A stretch of 62,143 nt of DNA, filler included, from Asterionella formosa (taxonomy: Eukaryota), in assembly GCA_002256025.1 (NCBI GenBank). It is 29 parts of 29 records of this genome, joined end to end, with 100 filler letters (N's around TTAATTAATTAA, not from the genome) between each part and the next. Parts side by side here need not be neighbours in the genome. Positions count along the whole stretch, not along the records: positions 1 to 2,056 come from NKIB01000530.1; positions 2,157 to 4,208 come from NKIB01000531.1; positions 4,309 to 6,360 come from NKIB01000532.1; positions 6,461 to 8,512 come from NKIB01000534.1; positions 8,613 to 10,664 come from NKIB01000535.1; positions 10,765 to 12,815 come from NKIB01000536.1; 23 more parts are not named here. One strand, given 5' to 3'. The first letter of the stretch is position 1. Every line of letters begins with the position of its first letter. Under the pieces are notes generated by a model. That model searched no databases. It saw only the letters and a program-made list of their open reading frames with translations, and was not told where the DNA came from. The translations under genes and the position numbers were made by a program. Below are positions 1 through 12,915 of this stretch, one piece after another.

Positions 1-1660
1 GAAAAACAAATGATTGATAGCCTGCCTGACACAGAGCACGACACATTTCATTCTTCCCAAGGTTCAACCCTGCCCTGCCAAAAACAGTTTGATTGTCCGT
101 AGGAAAAGAACAAGGTTCACAGAGTAAGTTCATGACTTGACCACTGTTCCAATTCCAAACGGAACAAGAAAGAGGAAGAACGAAATGGAGGTAGAGGAAC
201 TACAACAACAATCAAACATAGTTCAGAGCACAAGTCGAAGAACACGATGGTGCAGAGCAACAAGAGGAAGAACAACAACAATCTAACACATGACCTGTCT
301 CCATTTTCCAAAATATTAACTGCTTACCATATATTTCTCGAACTTTCAGATGCATCCTTTCTGTACTACTGACAAGGAATAACAAAATAATTGCCTGTCT
401 GTTTCTTCCAGACCCGGCCCGCAACAGAGTCCTTGTTGCTTTTCTGGAAGTGAAGAACATGATTCACAGAGTAAGATCATAGTAGCTGTTTAAACTCACA
501 CAAGACCTTTTTCTATTTCTTAACAAACAATGCATATTCAGTTCAAACGGAGGGCAAAGAACAATCAAGAGAAGGGTATACAGCCACAGTAACCACGATG
601 AACCACCAGCCAGCTCCTTGTTTCCAACAATAAGATCCAAAGGGATAACATCAGAAACAACAGATAGCGACAACGTCAATGACAACGACAACAATAAAAA
701 CAACCACAATGCATAATGCATTTTACCACGAAAGTGATAATTTGTTCCTTCACCACGTTCTAGCCAGTAGCTGTTTTCCATTAAAATAAACCTGGCGCGG
801 ACGCTCCTCCTCCTATACCTTTGCTTTGTACTAGCCATGTGTACATTCTACATAACAAAAAGCTGGCGCGCAGTTTATGCTTTGTCAGTATACTTTTTGG
901 CGAGCAATGCAGACCTCACGAAAATCTGACGAACTTGGTGAATCGTCACGATTTTCAACGTTGTGATTTGCAAAAGGTTAGTACCAGTAATGCCGCTAGA
1001 TTGCACTACATAGGATGTCTGAATTAATTCAACTATTTTTCCCACCTTTTCGGAGCATCTATAAGCAAAACTACCGCTACAATGAAGACTCCAACAGGGA
1101 AAATATCTAGCTGTAGCAAATCTATCGAATATGCGAGTTTTTTTACACAGAAATAGCTGTTGCATGTATTCGCGTTCATCTGATGATCATGTCATTGTAG
1201 TCGGCCTGAGTAGAAAATAAGAGCTGCAACCAAAGCTATTTCTTTTCGGAAAGGCTACAATTTGTCTACAATGATTATTTTATCAAATGAAATTCGGTTA
1301 ACAAATCAAATCAAAAGAAACGTTGGTAGATATGTTTTATATATACTGGCACCCGTAGCTAGTTCCATAGAAAAAGGAGTCGCATACCGGTACTATATTA
1401 GTGTTCATCGAATATCGTTGTAGTCAGCCGAAAATGAGAGGTATTTCCGAGATACTTCAAATAGTAAACAGTCATATCTCTAGCAAGTGGCTGGCCTTAG
1501 TGAAAGTAGCATTGGATGTATAGCTGTGCTAAATCGAATCGAATGAGATAATTTATTTTGCGGTTTTACAAATGATGGATCCAATATCTATATCGGCCGT
1601 TGTCTCTTTCTATTAAACAAATATCGGTACATAATCGCTATTTAATCGTGTTTTATCACC

Positions 1661-2056
1661 ATGAACGACGACGATTGCTGTTTGATACGTGGTAAGGGTC
1701 CATTTGTTTCCCTTCACCGTCATTACGCACATAGCCCCGAATGCGAAACAGCTGCTGAGTTGTTTCGTAAACCAGCAACTGGTACAGACGAAGGTCAGGA
1801 AGAATATGATGGATTTCATCAATCTCCACCATCACCTGCTGATGACTTTTCGTCGTCATTAAAGAAAAGGGCCAAAATTTGTCATGTTCAAACACTACAT
1901 TTTGGCGATCATACCAATATATATGACATTGATCAAAAAGAAGATGAAGAGAATACAAGCGAAATAGTGGTACAGGATGAAACCAATACTATTCCAGTCC
2001 TGAGCACCACAGGGATTAGGTTTTCCTCCGCCAATCCTGGTATACCATTCTCAGTT
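1661..2056 (+). CDS. 5'-partial ORF with degenerate C2HC-like zinc-finger N-terminus and acidic linker, possibly the start of a Plavaka/CMC-type transposon protein
   Basis: CCLIRGKGPFVSLHRHYAHSPEC resembles Cx2C-GK-F-SL-RH-SPxC; the ORF is open to the contig end. Confidence 0.3.
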
Positions 2057-2156
2057 NNNNNNNNNNNNNNNNNNNNNNNNNNNNNNNNNNNNNNNNNNNN
2101 TTAATTAATTAANNNNNNNNNNNNNNNNNNNNNNNNNNNNNNNNNNNNNNNNNNNN
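2057..2156. other. Artificial contig spacer N44-TTAATTAATTAA-N44 (first of 28; recurs every ~2.14-2.15 kb)
   Basis: An identical 100-nt linker with stops in all six frames separates 29 contigs of similar length. Confidence 0.99.
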
Positions 2157-4208
2157 AAAATATCAAGGGACTTTCTGCGATGTGTGACAGGCTTAATATC
2201 ACTATCGAATTTACTGCTCCACATACCCCACAGCAAAACGGTATGGTGGAACGCAAATTTGTGACTATTAGAGACAGAAGCGTTGCTGCAATGTTGAAGG
2301 CTAAATTTTCTGATGAGTCACAAGGACTCTTATGGGCAGAAAGTATCAACACACACACACGCCTCACAAATAGTGTATGCAACACAAATGACATGCAGAA
2401 AAGCCCAGATTGGATTTTCTATGGGAAGTGTCCCGAGATATATGATAATCTTGTTGAATTTGGAAGAATTGGTTGGGTAAAAATACCAGGAAAAATACCT
2501 AAACTTGAGGCTAAAGCTACTAAGTGTATAATGATTGGGTACTCTGACAACCATGCAGGGGACACATACAGAATGTACCGACCAGACACCCAGAAAGTGA
2601 TCAATACTAGGAACATCAAGTGGGGAGAGTGGCATGGGAAGTCCAATATGACAACAGATATGACCGTATATGACATCACAGAAAATGTCAAAATACCCCC
2701 AGCAATTGTGGTACCCCTACCAGTGTTTGGTGATGGAGCTAGTAGTACCCCAGCTACAACGATACCCCCCATTAAACCTCATGTGCATTTTGCCGACCCT
2801 GAAGCAGGGAGAGAGAATACAGATAGTGCTTCTAAAGACAGCAAATTGCAACGAGAAATGAGAAAATTGGACGGATGGACACAGATCCCCATGAAAAATG
2901 CTAGAAGAGCACTAATGATGGCGTCACCACCACCAAAACAACACGAAGAGGTTCTTACAACAATGGTCAATGAAAATGACAGAGTAGTTGAAATACATTG
3001 GATATATTCAACATCATTAGCATCTGATCCTGGAGAACCAAAAGGGTACAAACAAGCAATGACTGATCCTGAACGTGATAAGTGGATCGAGGCAATGAAA
3101 GTGGAAATTAACAATTTCTACAAACGCAAAGTGTGGGAGAAATTTCCAAGGAAAATGCTCAATGAACGCAAGATGCTAGGCAGTCGATGGGTGTTTAAGA
3201 AGAAGTCTGAACAAGACTTATCCATCCGCTATAAAGGACGAATTGTTGTGAAGGGATATGTACAAATCCCTGGCGTCGACTTCACAGAGTCATTTGCCCC
3301 AGTTGCAACCGATACAACAACAAGAACAGTTTTTGCAATCACACTCTATAATCACAGCAAGGATGTTAACGAACGATGGATTTGCGAAATTGTTGATGTG
3401 GAAGCGGCATTCCTAGAAGGTGATATGGACGAAGCAATCTATATTGGCTGGCCAGAAGGAATAGAAGAGCTTGGCTATGAGACAAAAGCCGACACCGAAA
3501 ATTATTGCATTTTGCTCAAAAAAGCGATGTATGGGACAGTTCAGGGAGCTTTGCAGTTTTTTAAGAAACTGGTTGAAAATTTGAAATTAGTTGGTCTGAC
3601 TCAATGTCAAGTGGACCCATGTATTTTCTATTTGAAACGGAATGGGAAATTAGTGTTACTAATTGCCTCACACGTTGACGACTGCGCTGTAGCCGGAAAG
3701 CCTAGTGATGTAGAGTGGTTCAAGAATGAGATAAAGAAATATTTCACAATTAAAGAACTTGGGCAATTGAAGAAACACCTGGGCGTGTGGTACAAATGGG
3801 GAGAGGATTCTACAGGACGCTACTTAGAGAGTAGTATGGAAAGTTTTGTCCAAAGTATGAAAGACGATTTCAAAGATATCTTTGGACATTTCCCAAAAGA
3901 TGCAGCAACTCCGGCTTTCCCAAGCACTACGCTGAGAAAGTCAACTGGGAATCCAGTGAAGCATAAAGAGTACCGATCTATGGTAGGCAAGCTACTATAC
4001 TACGTTAAAAAGATTGGTCCTGTTTGTTCCAACGCATGCCGAGAATTGTCACAACATTTGGATAATCCAGGTGATGAGCACTGGAACGCAGTAGAAAGAC
4101 TACTTGGGTATATTTGTGCTAAACCTGAAAATCGAAGATTGAAGTTGAGACCACCAAAGGAACTACGTGTACAAGATGTCGTTGACAGCTCTTTCGGCGA
4201 TAATCCTG
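2157..4208 (+). mobile_element. Ty1/copia LTR retrotransposon pol fragment (integrase core end, RT, start of RNase H), copy A, uninterrupted
   Basis: Integrase motifs HTPQQNGMVER and KCIMIGYS; RT motifs RWVFKKK-RYKGRIVVKGY-QIPGVDF, DVEAAFL, LKKAMYG, HVDD, YRSMVGKLLY; RNase H VDSSFGDNP. Domain order INT-RT-RH is copia. Confidence 0.97.
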
Positions 4209-4315
4209 NNNNNNNNNNNNNNNNNNNNNNNNNNNNNNNNNNNNNNNNNNNNTTAATTAATTAANNNNNNNNNNNNNNNNNNNNNNNNNNNNNNNNNNNN
4301 NNNNNNNNGCTTCTC

Positions 4316-4388
4316 AAAAAAATTGCGGGAATCGAACCACACAACTTGAAATCAAAGACAACGTGCCCAACCAACTGAGCCATTCCCC
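4316..4388 (-). ncRNA. tRNA-derived Pol III-like element (pseudo-tRNA or SINE head)
   Basis: Minus strand reads GGGGAA-TGGCTCAGTTGG (A box)...GGTTCGATTCCC (B box)-GCAA-TTTTTTT. The acceptor stem is not recoverable. Confidence 0.6.
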
Positions 4389-5429
4389 TGGCACTCCTAT
4401 AAAAGAGTGAAACCCATTCCCCCAACAATCCCAAACCCCAAATCAAACAAGATTCAGGGGGGTTACAAGAAAAACGTCTACAAATAGAAAACATCATATT
4501 TGTATGACGATGATCATCTGATCATAATGTTTCAATAGATCAATAATTATCATTGTAAACTAAATAGTAACCGCGACTAGTATGTAAATTCAGTTTTTAT
4601 GTGTATTGTTTCTATTATGTTCATGTCTTTAAGTTTCCTCGTAGGATGATGTACCAGCAAAAGTTATTTATTTTTTCGTTCATCATCGTCGTCAGTCGCT
4701 CTGTTTGCAATACAGAAGCAGCCATGAAGAAATCAGCAATGATAGTCTGAGCAATGTTTGTCTGATATCAGACTAAATGTGAAGAACATAGAAAAAATTG
4801 TAAGAATAAATATATAGGTGCATGTATTTATGTAATATTTACCATCAAACTACAATGACAATCAGCACTTGCTTGCTAAATCAATTGACATTCATTACAA
4901 GGTTGCAATCGAAGACCAAGGCACATCAATGTACCTGAGCCTTCATCTTGTTAACAATGTCTTCGATTGTTACTGGACCATTTTGATAGTACTAGCACTG
5001 CTGCTGTGGTGCTGGGCGGATTGAATTGGCCTGAGTCAGCAATGGCATGACATGGTAGTAAGCAAGCCAACATGTTCTGACAAGCTTGTTTTGAAAATGG
5101 TGATGATACTTTTTATTCTTGTGACATCATGATGAAACCACTTCTACTTGATGTTTATATGTAAATATACCAGATCTAAAAGTAAAAAAAATATTATTGT
5201 TACTTTGCAATGTTCAACTTCTTCATCTTGCAGAAAATCCTGGGTCACATTTCACCTATGCTCACCAAATAAAATTTGTAAACAAAATTTTGTAGTATGC
5301 TATTGCCAAAGACCTTGACAATTGTGGAGGTTGTGAAGAAAGTTGCACCACCTGGTCTTAGACCTGCTTCTTGTCTGCCTCACCACCCACCAGAACTCAA
5401 GGGACTAGATAAACAAAGCAGGTAGAGAC

Positions 5430-5482
5430 TTTTTTGCGGGAATCGAACCCGCCACCTAGCACAAGTCCAATGTGTGACCATG
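5430..5482 (-). ncRNA. tRNA-derived fragment with a perfect T-arm/B box
   Basis: Minus strand TGGTCA...GGTG-GCGGG-TTCGATT-CCCGC-AAAAAA; shares GTGGCGGGTTCGATTC with 12739-12801. Confidence 0.45.
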
Positions 5483-6460
5483 ATTGGTTAGGCCAAGAAC
5501 AACGAAGGAAATCATTTTGGATCAACAAATTGTTTCCTTTCTCTTGATTGCAGTGATGAAACGAAATTTATTCAGCTGTAAGAAGTGCGAAGAAATTAGA
5601 ATTCTTATTACTATCAAAATCAATTTCCCTTTTCATTGCAGCTACCACCAGTAGCTAGTTTGAATCATAGTAACATGGTGTTGCAAGTATTTTCTCTGCA
5701 TCCCCTGGCACATGGATTTGTCGTGATGTTGTGCACTTTGGTGTTCTTTATATCGTGGATTCCCAAATCCTTTCACATATCCTATCCCCGTAGTAGTCGT
5801 CTAGTCTATGTACAAAGTACGGAGTATAATTAATTGTCCTCTTGCTATGAAATATACTACATACTACATACGGTACCTGGTAGTATATCTTGAGCGTCCG
5901 TCCATCATGGTTGCAGGAGGAGATTGGGATGGAGCACATGCTGCGCGTAGATTCGCCATTAGGGATTCGGGCTAACCGTTTGATTCATTGGTTCACCACA
6001 CAATCTGGAGAAAGCACCGGGTACCGGTATTTTTGTACTGGGAGGGGGAAACTGGGTAAATGCAAAACATGCCACCTGCTGCAACTGCAACTGTTCCAGA
6101 CTTCTTGTTCTTCCACCGCCGCACCTGATGTATTGTATTTTTCATCCAGGCAGATTGGAGATTGTGGCATTTCAAATGTACGGGTGCGGGTAGTAATTTT
6201 ATATGTATCATAGGTATTACGTATCTTTGTACCTGGTACCTGGCACAGTACGTAGGCTAAACCATCCGCCTGCGGTAACAAGATCAGTTGTCCCGAAGGC
6301 GAAGATCTTCGTGTCGAACTTGCTTTAGCAAAAGTCACAAACGTTTATATTTTGCTCGTCNNNNNNNNNNNNNNNNNNNNNNNNNNNNNNNNNNNNNNNN
6401 NNNNTTAATTAATTAANNNNNNNNNNNNNNNNNNNNNNNNNNNNNNNNNNNNNNNNNNNN

Positions 6461-8512
6461 CAGGATTATCGCCGAAAGAGCTGTCAACGACATCTTGTAC
6501 ACGTAGTTCCTTTGGTGGTCTCAACTTCAATCTTCGATTTTCAGGTTTAGCACAAATATACCCAAGTAGTCTTTCTACTGCGTTCCAGTGCTCATCACCT
6601 GGATTATCCAAATGTTGTGACAATTCTCGGCATGCGTTGGAACAAACAGGACCAATCTTTTTAACGTAGTATAGTAGCTTGCCTACCATAGATCGGTACT
6701 CTTTATGCTTCACTGGATTCCCAGTTGACTTTCTCAGCGTAGTGCTTGGGAAAGCCGGAGTTGCTGCATCTTTTGGGAAATGTCCAAAGATATCTTTGAA
6801 ATCGTCTTTCATACTTTGGACAAAACTTTCCATACTACTCTCTAAGTAGCGTCCTGTAGAATCCTCTCCCCATTTGTACCACACGCCCAGGTGTTTCTTC
6901 AATTGCCCAAGTTCTTTAATTGTGAAATATTTCTTTATCTCATTCTTGAACCACTCTACATCACTAGGCTTTCCGGCTACAGCGCAGTCGTCAACGTGTG
7001 AGGCAATTAGTAACACTAATTTCCCATTCCGTTTCAAATAGAAAATACATGGGTCCACTTGACATTGAGTCAGACCAACTAATTTCAAATTTTCAACCAG
7101 TTTCTTAAAAAACTGCAAAGCTCCCTGAACTGTCCCATACATCGCTTTTTTGAGCAAAATGCAATAATTTTCGGTGTCGGCTTTTGTCTCATAGCCAAGC
7201 TCTTCTATTCCTTCTGGCCAGCCAATATAGATTGCTTCGTCCATATCACCTTCTAGGAATGCCGCTTCCACATCAACAATTTCGCAAATCCATCGTTCGT
7301 TAACATCCTTGCTGTGATTATAGAGTGTGATTGCAAAAACTGTTCTTGTTGTTGTATCGGTTGCAACTGGGGCAAATGACTCTGTGAAGTCGACGCCAGG
7401 GATTTGTACATATCCCTTCACAACAATTCGTCCTTTATAGCGGATGGATAAGTCTTGTTCAGACTTCTTCTTAAACACCCATCGACTGCCTAGCATCTTG
7501 CGTTCATTGAGCATTTTCCTTGGAAATTTCTCCCACACTTTGCGTTTGTAGAAATTGTTAATTTCCACTTTCATTGCCTCGATCCACTTATCACGTTCAG
7601 GATCAGTCATTGCTTGTTTGTACCCTTTTGGTTCTCCAGGATCAGATGCTAATGATGTTGAATATATCCAATGTATTTCAACTACTCTGTCATTTTCATT
7701 GACCATTGTTGTAAGAACCTCTTCGTGTTGTTTTGGTGGTGGTGATGCCATAATTAGTGCTCTTCTAGCATTTTTCATGGGGATCTGTGTCCATCCGTCC
7801 AATTTTCTCATTTCTCGTTGCAATTTGCTGTCTTTAGAAGCACTATCTGTATTCTCTCTCCCTGCTTCAGGGTCGGCAAAATGCACATGAGGTTTAATGG
7901 GGGGTATCGTTGTAGCTGGGGTACTACTAGCTCCATCACCAAACACTGGTAGGGGTACCACAATTGCTGGGGGTATTTTGACATTTTCTGTGATGTCATA
8001 TACGGTCATATCTGTTGTGATATTGGACTTCCCATGCCACTCTCCCCACTTGATGTTCCTAGTATTGATCACTTTCTGGGTGTCTGGTCGGTACATTCTG
8101 TATGTGTCCCCTGCATGGTTGTCAGAGTACCCAATCATTATACACTTAGTAGCTTTAGCCTCAAGTTTAGGTATTTTTCCTGGTATTTTTACCCAACCAA
8201 TTCTTCCAAATTCAACAAGATTATCATATATCTTGGGACACTTCCCATAGAAAATCCAATCTGGGCTTTTCTGCATGTCATTTGTGTTGCATACACTATT
8301 TGTGAGGCGCGTGTGTGTGTTGATACTTTCTGCCCATAAGAGTCCTTGTGACTCATCAGAAAATTTAGCCTTCAACATTGCAGCGACGCTTCTGTCTCTA
8401 ATAGTCACAAATTTGCGTTCCACCATACCGTTTTGCTGTGGGGTATGTGGAGCAGTAAATTCGATAGTGATATTAAGCCTGTCACACATCGCGGAAAGTC
8501 CCTTGATATTTT
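6461..8512 (-). mobile_element. Ty1/copia pol fragment, copy B
   Basis: Reverse complement of 2157-4208 with identical breakpoints and a few SNPs. Confidence 0.97.
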
Positions 8513-8612
8513 NNNNNNNNNNNNNNNNNNNNNNNNNNNNNNNNNNNNNNNNNNNNTTAATTAATTAANNNNNNNNNNNNNNNNNNNNNNNNNNNNNNNN
8601 NNNNNNNNNNNN

Positions 8613-10664
8613 CAGGATTATCGCCGAAAGAGCTGTCAACGACATCTTGTACACGTAGTTCCTTTGGTGGTCTCAACTTCAATCTTCGATTTTCAGGTTT
8701 AGCACAAATATACCCAAGTAGTCTTTCTACTGCGTTCCAGTGCTCATCACCTGGATTATCCAAATGTTGTGACAATTCTCGGCATGCGTTGGAACAAACA
8801 GGACCAATCTTTTTAACGTAGTATAGTAGCTTGCCTACCATAGATCGGTACTCTTTATGCTTCACTGGATTCCCAGTTGACTTTCTCAGCGTAGTGCTTG
8901 GGAAAGCCGGAGTTGCTGCATCTTTTGGGAAATGTCCAAAGATATCTTTGAAATCGTCTTTCATACTTTGGACAAAACTTTCCATACTACTCTCTAAGTA
9001 GCGTCCTGTAGAATCCTCTCCCCATTTGTACCACACGCCCAGGTGTTTCTTCAATTGCCCAAGTTCTTTAATTGTGAAATATTTCTTTATCTCATTCTTG
9101 AACCACTCTACATCACTAGGCTTTCCGGCTACAGCGCAGTCGTCAACGTGTGAGGCAATTAGTAACACTAATTTCCCATTCCGTTTCAAATAGAAAATAC
9201 ATGGGTCCACTTGACATTGAGTCAGACCAACTAATTTCAAATTTTCAACCAGTTTCTTAAAAAACTGCAAAGCTCCCTGAACTGTCCCATACATCGCTTT
9301 TTTGAGCAAAATGCAATAATTTTCGGTGTCGGCTTTTGTCTCATAGCCAAGCTCTTCTATTCCTTCTGGCCAGCCAATATAGATTGCTTCGTCCATATCA
9401 CCTTCTAGGAATGCCGCTTCCACATCAACAATTTCGCAAATCCATCGTTCGTTAACATCCTTGCTGTGATTATAGAGTGTGATTGCAAAAACTGTTCTTG
9501 TTGTTGTATCGGTTGCAACTGGGGCAAATGACTCTGTGAAGTCGACGCCAGGGATTTGTACATATCCCTTCACAACAATTCGTCCTTTATAGCGGATGGA
9601 TAAGTCTTGTTCAGACTTCTTCTTAAACACCCATCGACTGCCTAGCATCTTGCGTTCATTGAGCATTTTCCTTGGAAATTTCTCCCACACTTTGCGTTTG
9701 TAGAAATTGTTAATTTCCACTTTCATTGCCTCGATCCACTTATCACGTTCAGGATCAGTCATTGCTTGTTTGTACCCTTTTGGTTCTCCAGGATCAGATG
9801 CTAATGATGTTGAATATATCCAATGTATTTCAACTACTCTGTCATTTTCATTGACCATTGTTGTAAGAACCTCTTCGTGTTGTTTTGGTGGTGGTGACGC
9901 CATCATTAGTGCTCTTCTAGCATTTTTCATGGGGATCTGTGTCCATCCGTCCAATTTTCTCATTTCTCGTTGCAATTTGCTGTCTTTAGAAGCACTATCT
10001 GTATTCTCTCTCCCTGATTCAGGGTCGGCAAAATGCACATGAGGTTTAATGGGGGGTATCGTTGTAGCTGGGGTACTACTAGCTCCATCACCAAACACTG
10101 GTAGGGGTACCACAATTGCTGGGGGTATTTTGACATTTTCTGTGATGTCATATACGGTCATATCTGTTGTGATATTGGACTTCTCATGCCACTCTCCCCA
10201 CTTGATGTTCCTAGTATTGATCACTTTCTGGGTGTCTGGTCGGTACATTCTGTATGTGTCCCCTGCATGGTTGTCAGAGTACCCAATCATTATACACTTA
10301 GTAGCTTTAGCCTCAAATTTAGGTATTTTTCCTGGTATTTTTACCCAACCAATTCTTCCAAATTCAACAAGATTATCATATATCTCGGGACACTTCCCAT
10401 AGAAAATCCAATCTGGGCTTTTCTGCATGTCATTTGTGTTGCATACACTATTTGTGAGGCGCGTGTGTGTGTTGATACTTTCTGCCCATAAGAGTCCTTG
10501 TGACTCATCAGAAAATTTAGCCTTCAACATTGCAGCAACGCTTCTGTCTCTAATAGTCACAAATTTGCGTTCCACCATACCGTTTTGCTGTGGGGTATGT
10601 GGAGCAGTAAATTCGATAGTGATATTAAGCCTGTCACACATCGCAGAAAGTCCCTTGATATTTT
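8613..10664 (-). mobile_element. Ty1/copia pol fragment, copy C
   Basis: Same as copies A and B with a few private SNPs (PKFE, WHEK, PESG). Confidence 0.97.
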
Positions 10665-10859
10665 NNNNNNNNNNNNNNNNNNNNNNNNNNNNNNNNNNNN
10701 NNNNNNNNTTAATTAATTAANNNNNNNNNNNNNNNNNNNNNNNNNNNNNNNNNNNNNNNNNNNNCACACCGGCTTTGTCCCTGAAAATGCAATGGAATTG
10801 CCCCTTCCTCCTCAATTTCAACTTCCAAGTAAACATTCCCTAAACATGCGCGCATCCAA

Positions 10860-12738
10860 TCGAATTAGAACTCATGTTATTCCTTAACGAGAATTACCTA
10901 CCTTCCACCAGTTTACTTTGATCATCTAATGAAATGGCTGTTCAAGGCCAAAGCAATGAAATATTTTGATGGAAGCAAGGTATCAAGCTCCATCCTACCA
11001 GACTTTGAAAAAACACATGGATATTTCATTTCCACCAACATTAGCTGGTGGTCAACTGTTGACCAAACAAATACAGATTGATAACAATTCAAACATGATC
11101 ATCCCAAGCACACTCCATTATTTCGAACCATTACAGCTCATGGCAGGTTTGTTACGTGATTCTGATATCATGCAACATTTTGTAGGTCACCCACAAGTGA
11201 AACTTACAACTTGTGGAGAACCCATGCACATAGGACGAAGTAACTTCCGCGACTTGGTTTGAAATGCATTCAACAATTCTCCTGCATCAGAAAATGGAGT
11301 GTTGAAGGCAAGACAGAGTGTTTATTTGTTGCCCTAGCAGTTTTCAGTGATGGGATGGTTCACCTATTGATAAACAAATGAAACATTCCGAGCATCTGCC
11401 CGTTTTTGTTGACAATGTTAAACTTAATGTTAGAAGGAAGGAAAAACGTTGATGGATGGCAATTGGTATCTCTTTTGCCAGACTCCTACATTGAAGTCAG
11501 TGATCTGGAGAAACAAATAATTAATAAGTTGCTTATCTGGTGACGACTTGTCCTTATGTCGACTCATATTACGCCATTCTGTTACAGGATTTCTATTGTC
11601 GCCTTTCGAAAAGCGATCCAAACAAGTCATACGATTTTTGGGTTCATGGTCTTGGTATGACAAAAGTTAATTTCCAGATTGGAATGATCATTGGTGATAC
11701 AGAAGAGCACAACAAAATTTGTGGTTTCAGGGGTGGTAATGGATTATATCGACGATATGTTTGTCGTGATTGCCTGGTTGCAACTGAAGATGCTGATAAT
11801 CCCGATATTGGATGTGAACGTTGTAAAGTGTCTGAAGCTAAAAAGTTTTTAAAACAAATTCCTTGACAAAAATGTATATCCCGATGGAAAATTACCATGT
11901 ATCCCACCTGAGTATTGTGTCTCCCAATCTAATGGCAAATACGCAACATCAAACGAGTGGTGCCGCGTTATATCGCATAATCCTATTATGCCTGCACTAA
12001 TAAATCATTTTTTCGGTGGTGACTTAGAAGGATTATTTGGTGTAACTCCATTTGAGGTTCTTCATCAATTACTACTTGGAATATTTAAGTACATCTAAGT
12101 ACATTTTGGAATCATTGTACAATTACCAGACTATCCCTGAAGAATGGACATGTTTTTTTAAAGAAAGAAAATCTCCAGATATTCCAGAGAACATCTCTGA
12201 TCAGAAACGTATCACTGAAACAACAGACACTGATTTTCTTGATCAAGAGCAACTGAAGAAACGGGCAAAGACCAAAAAGGAGCGACACACGTACCAGTTA
12301 CCAAAAATATCGAATCTACACTGGCAAAAATCAAGACCCAACACTTGTACCAGCACCAGAAATGTATTTTCGAAACTTTACTAAACTTCGAACAAAGTGG
12401 CTGCTAGATATGTCATATCAATAGTCATTTGGAAAGCAAGGCAAAGCGATCGTGATATTCCAAAATTGTCATACAGATCTGGGATGACAGCTTTGTCAAA
12501 AATGTCAGGGCAAGGCAAGAAATTCCCGGATTATGTCTGTCAACTATTTTTTCAATGGGTGGAATGATGGGTTCAGAGAACATGCACCTAGAAAAGGATT
12601 TCACATTGCTGTTATGGTTATGTATATCTATCAATGACACTTTATTCATACCGCAGTATACATCAACATGTATTGATATTTTAGAGGAAAGGGTTAAGAG
12701 ATTTATGTCAGTTACTAAGATTATGATTGGTCCCCAAC
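10860..12738 (+). pseudogene. Degenerate Plavaka-type (CMC-related) transposase
   Basis: Across frameshifts: LAVFSDG...HLPVF-LTMLNL (~11335-11430), IGMIIGDTEEHNKICG...CRDC (~11680-11775), FFGGDLEGLFGVTPFEVLHQLLLGIFKY (~12009-12093). The last matches the Plavaka PDxLHQLxxGxFK motif. Confidence 0.75.
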
Positions 12739-12812
12739 GGGGGAATGGCTTAGTGGTCAGCATACCCACTGTGGTGGCGGGTTCGATTCTTGCATTCTCC
12801 ACCTGTCTTTTT
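12739..12812 (+). ncRNA. tRNA-like element with shortened anticodon/variable region, abutting the Plavaka reading frame
   Basis: GGGGGAA-TGGCTTAGTGG (A box)...GCGGG-TTCGATT-CTTGC (T arm)-ATTCTCC-A, then TTTTT. The acceptor stem can pair (GGGGAAT/ATTCTCC); length is only ~63 nt. Confidence 0.6.
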
Positions 12813-12915
12813 CATNNNNNNNNNNNNNNNNNNNNNNNNNNNNNNNNNNNNNNNNNNNNTTAATTAATTAANNNNNNNNNNNNNNNNNNNNNNNNNNNNN
12901 NNNNNNNNNNNNNNN

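Noticed and set aside
2330..3114. Antisense ORFs conserved in all three copia copies; similar shadow ORFs over FIP1, NECAP and 38691-40735
   Set aside because: They are by-products of near-identical sense coding sequence and carry no motifs.
4316..4388. Calling the tRNA-like sequences functional tRNA genes
   Set aside because: Acceptor or anticodon arms are broken or missing, so no isotype can be assigned.
2157..10664. Apparent inverted/tandem arrangement of copia copies, and any multi-gene system spanning contigs
   Set aside because: Order and orientation come from length-sorted concatenation; only within-contig adjacency is meaningful.
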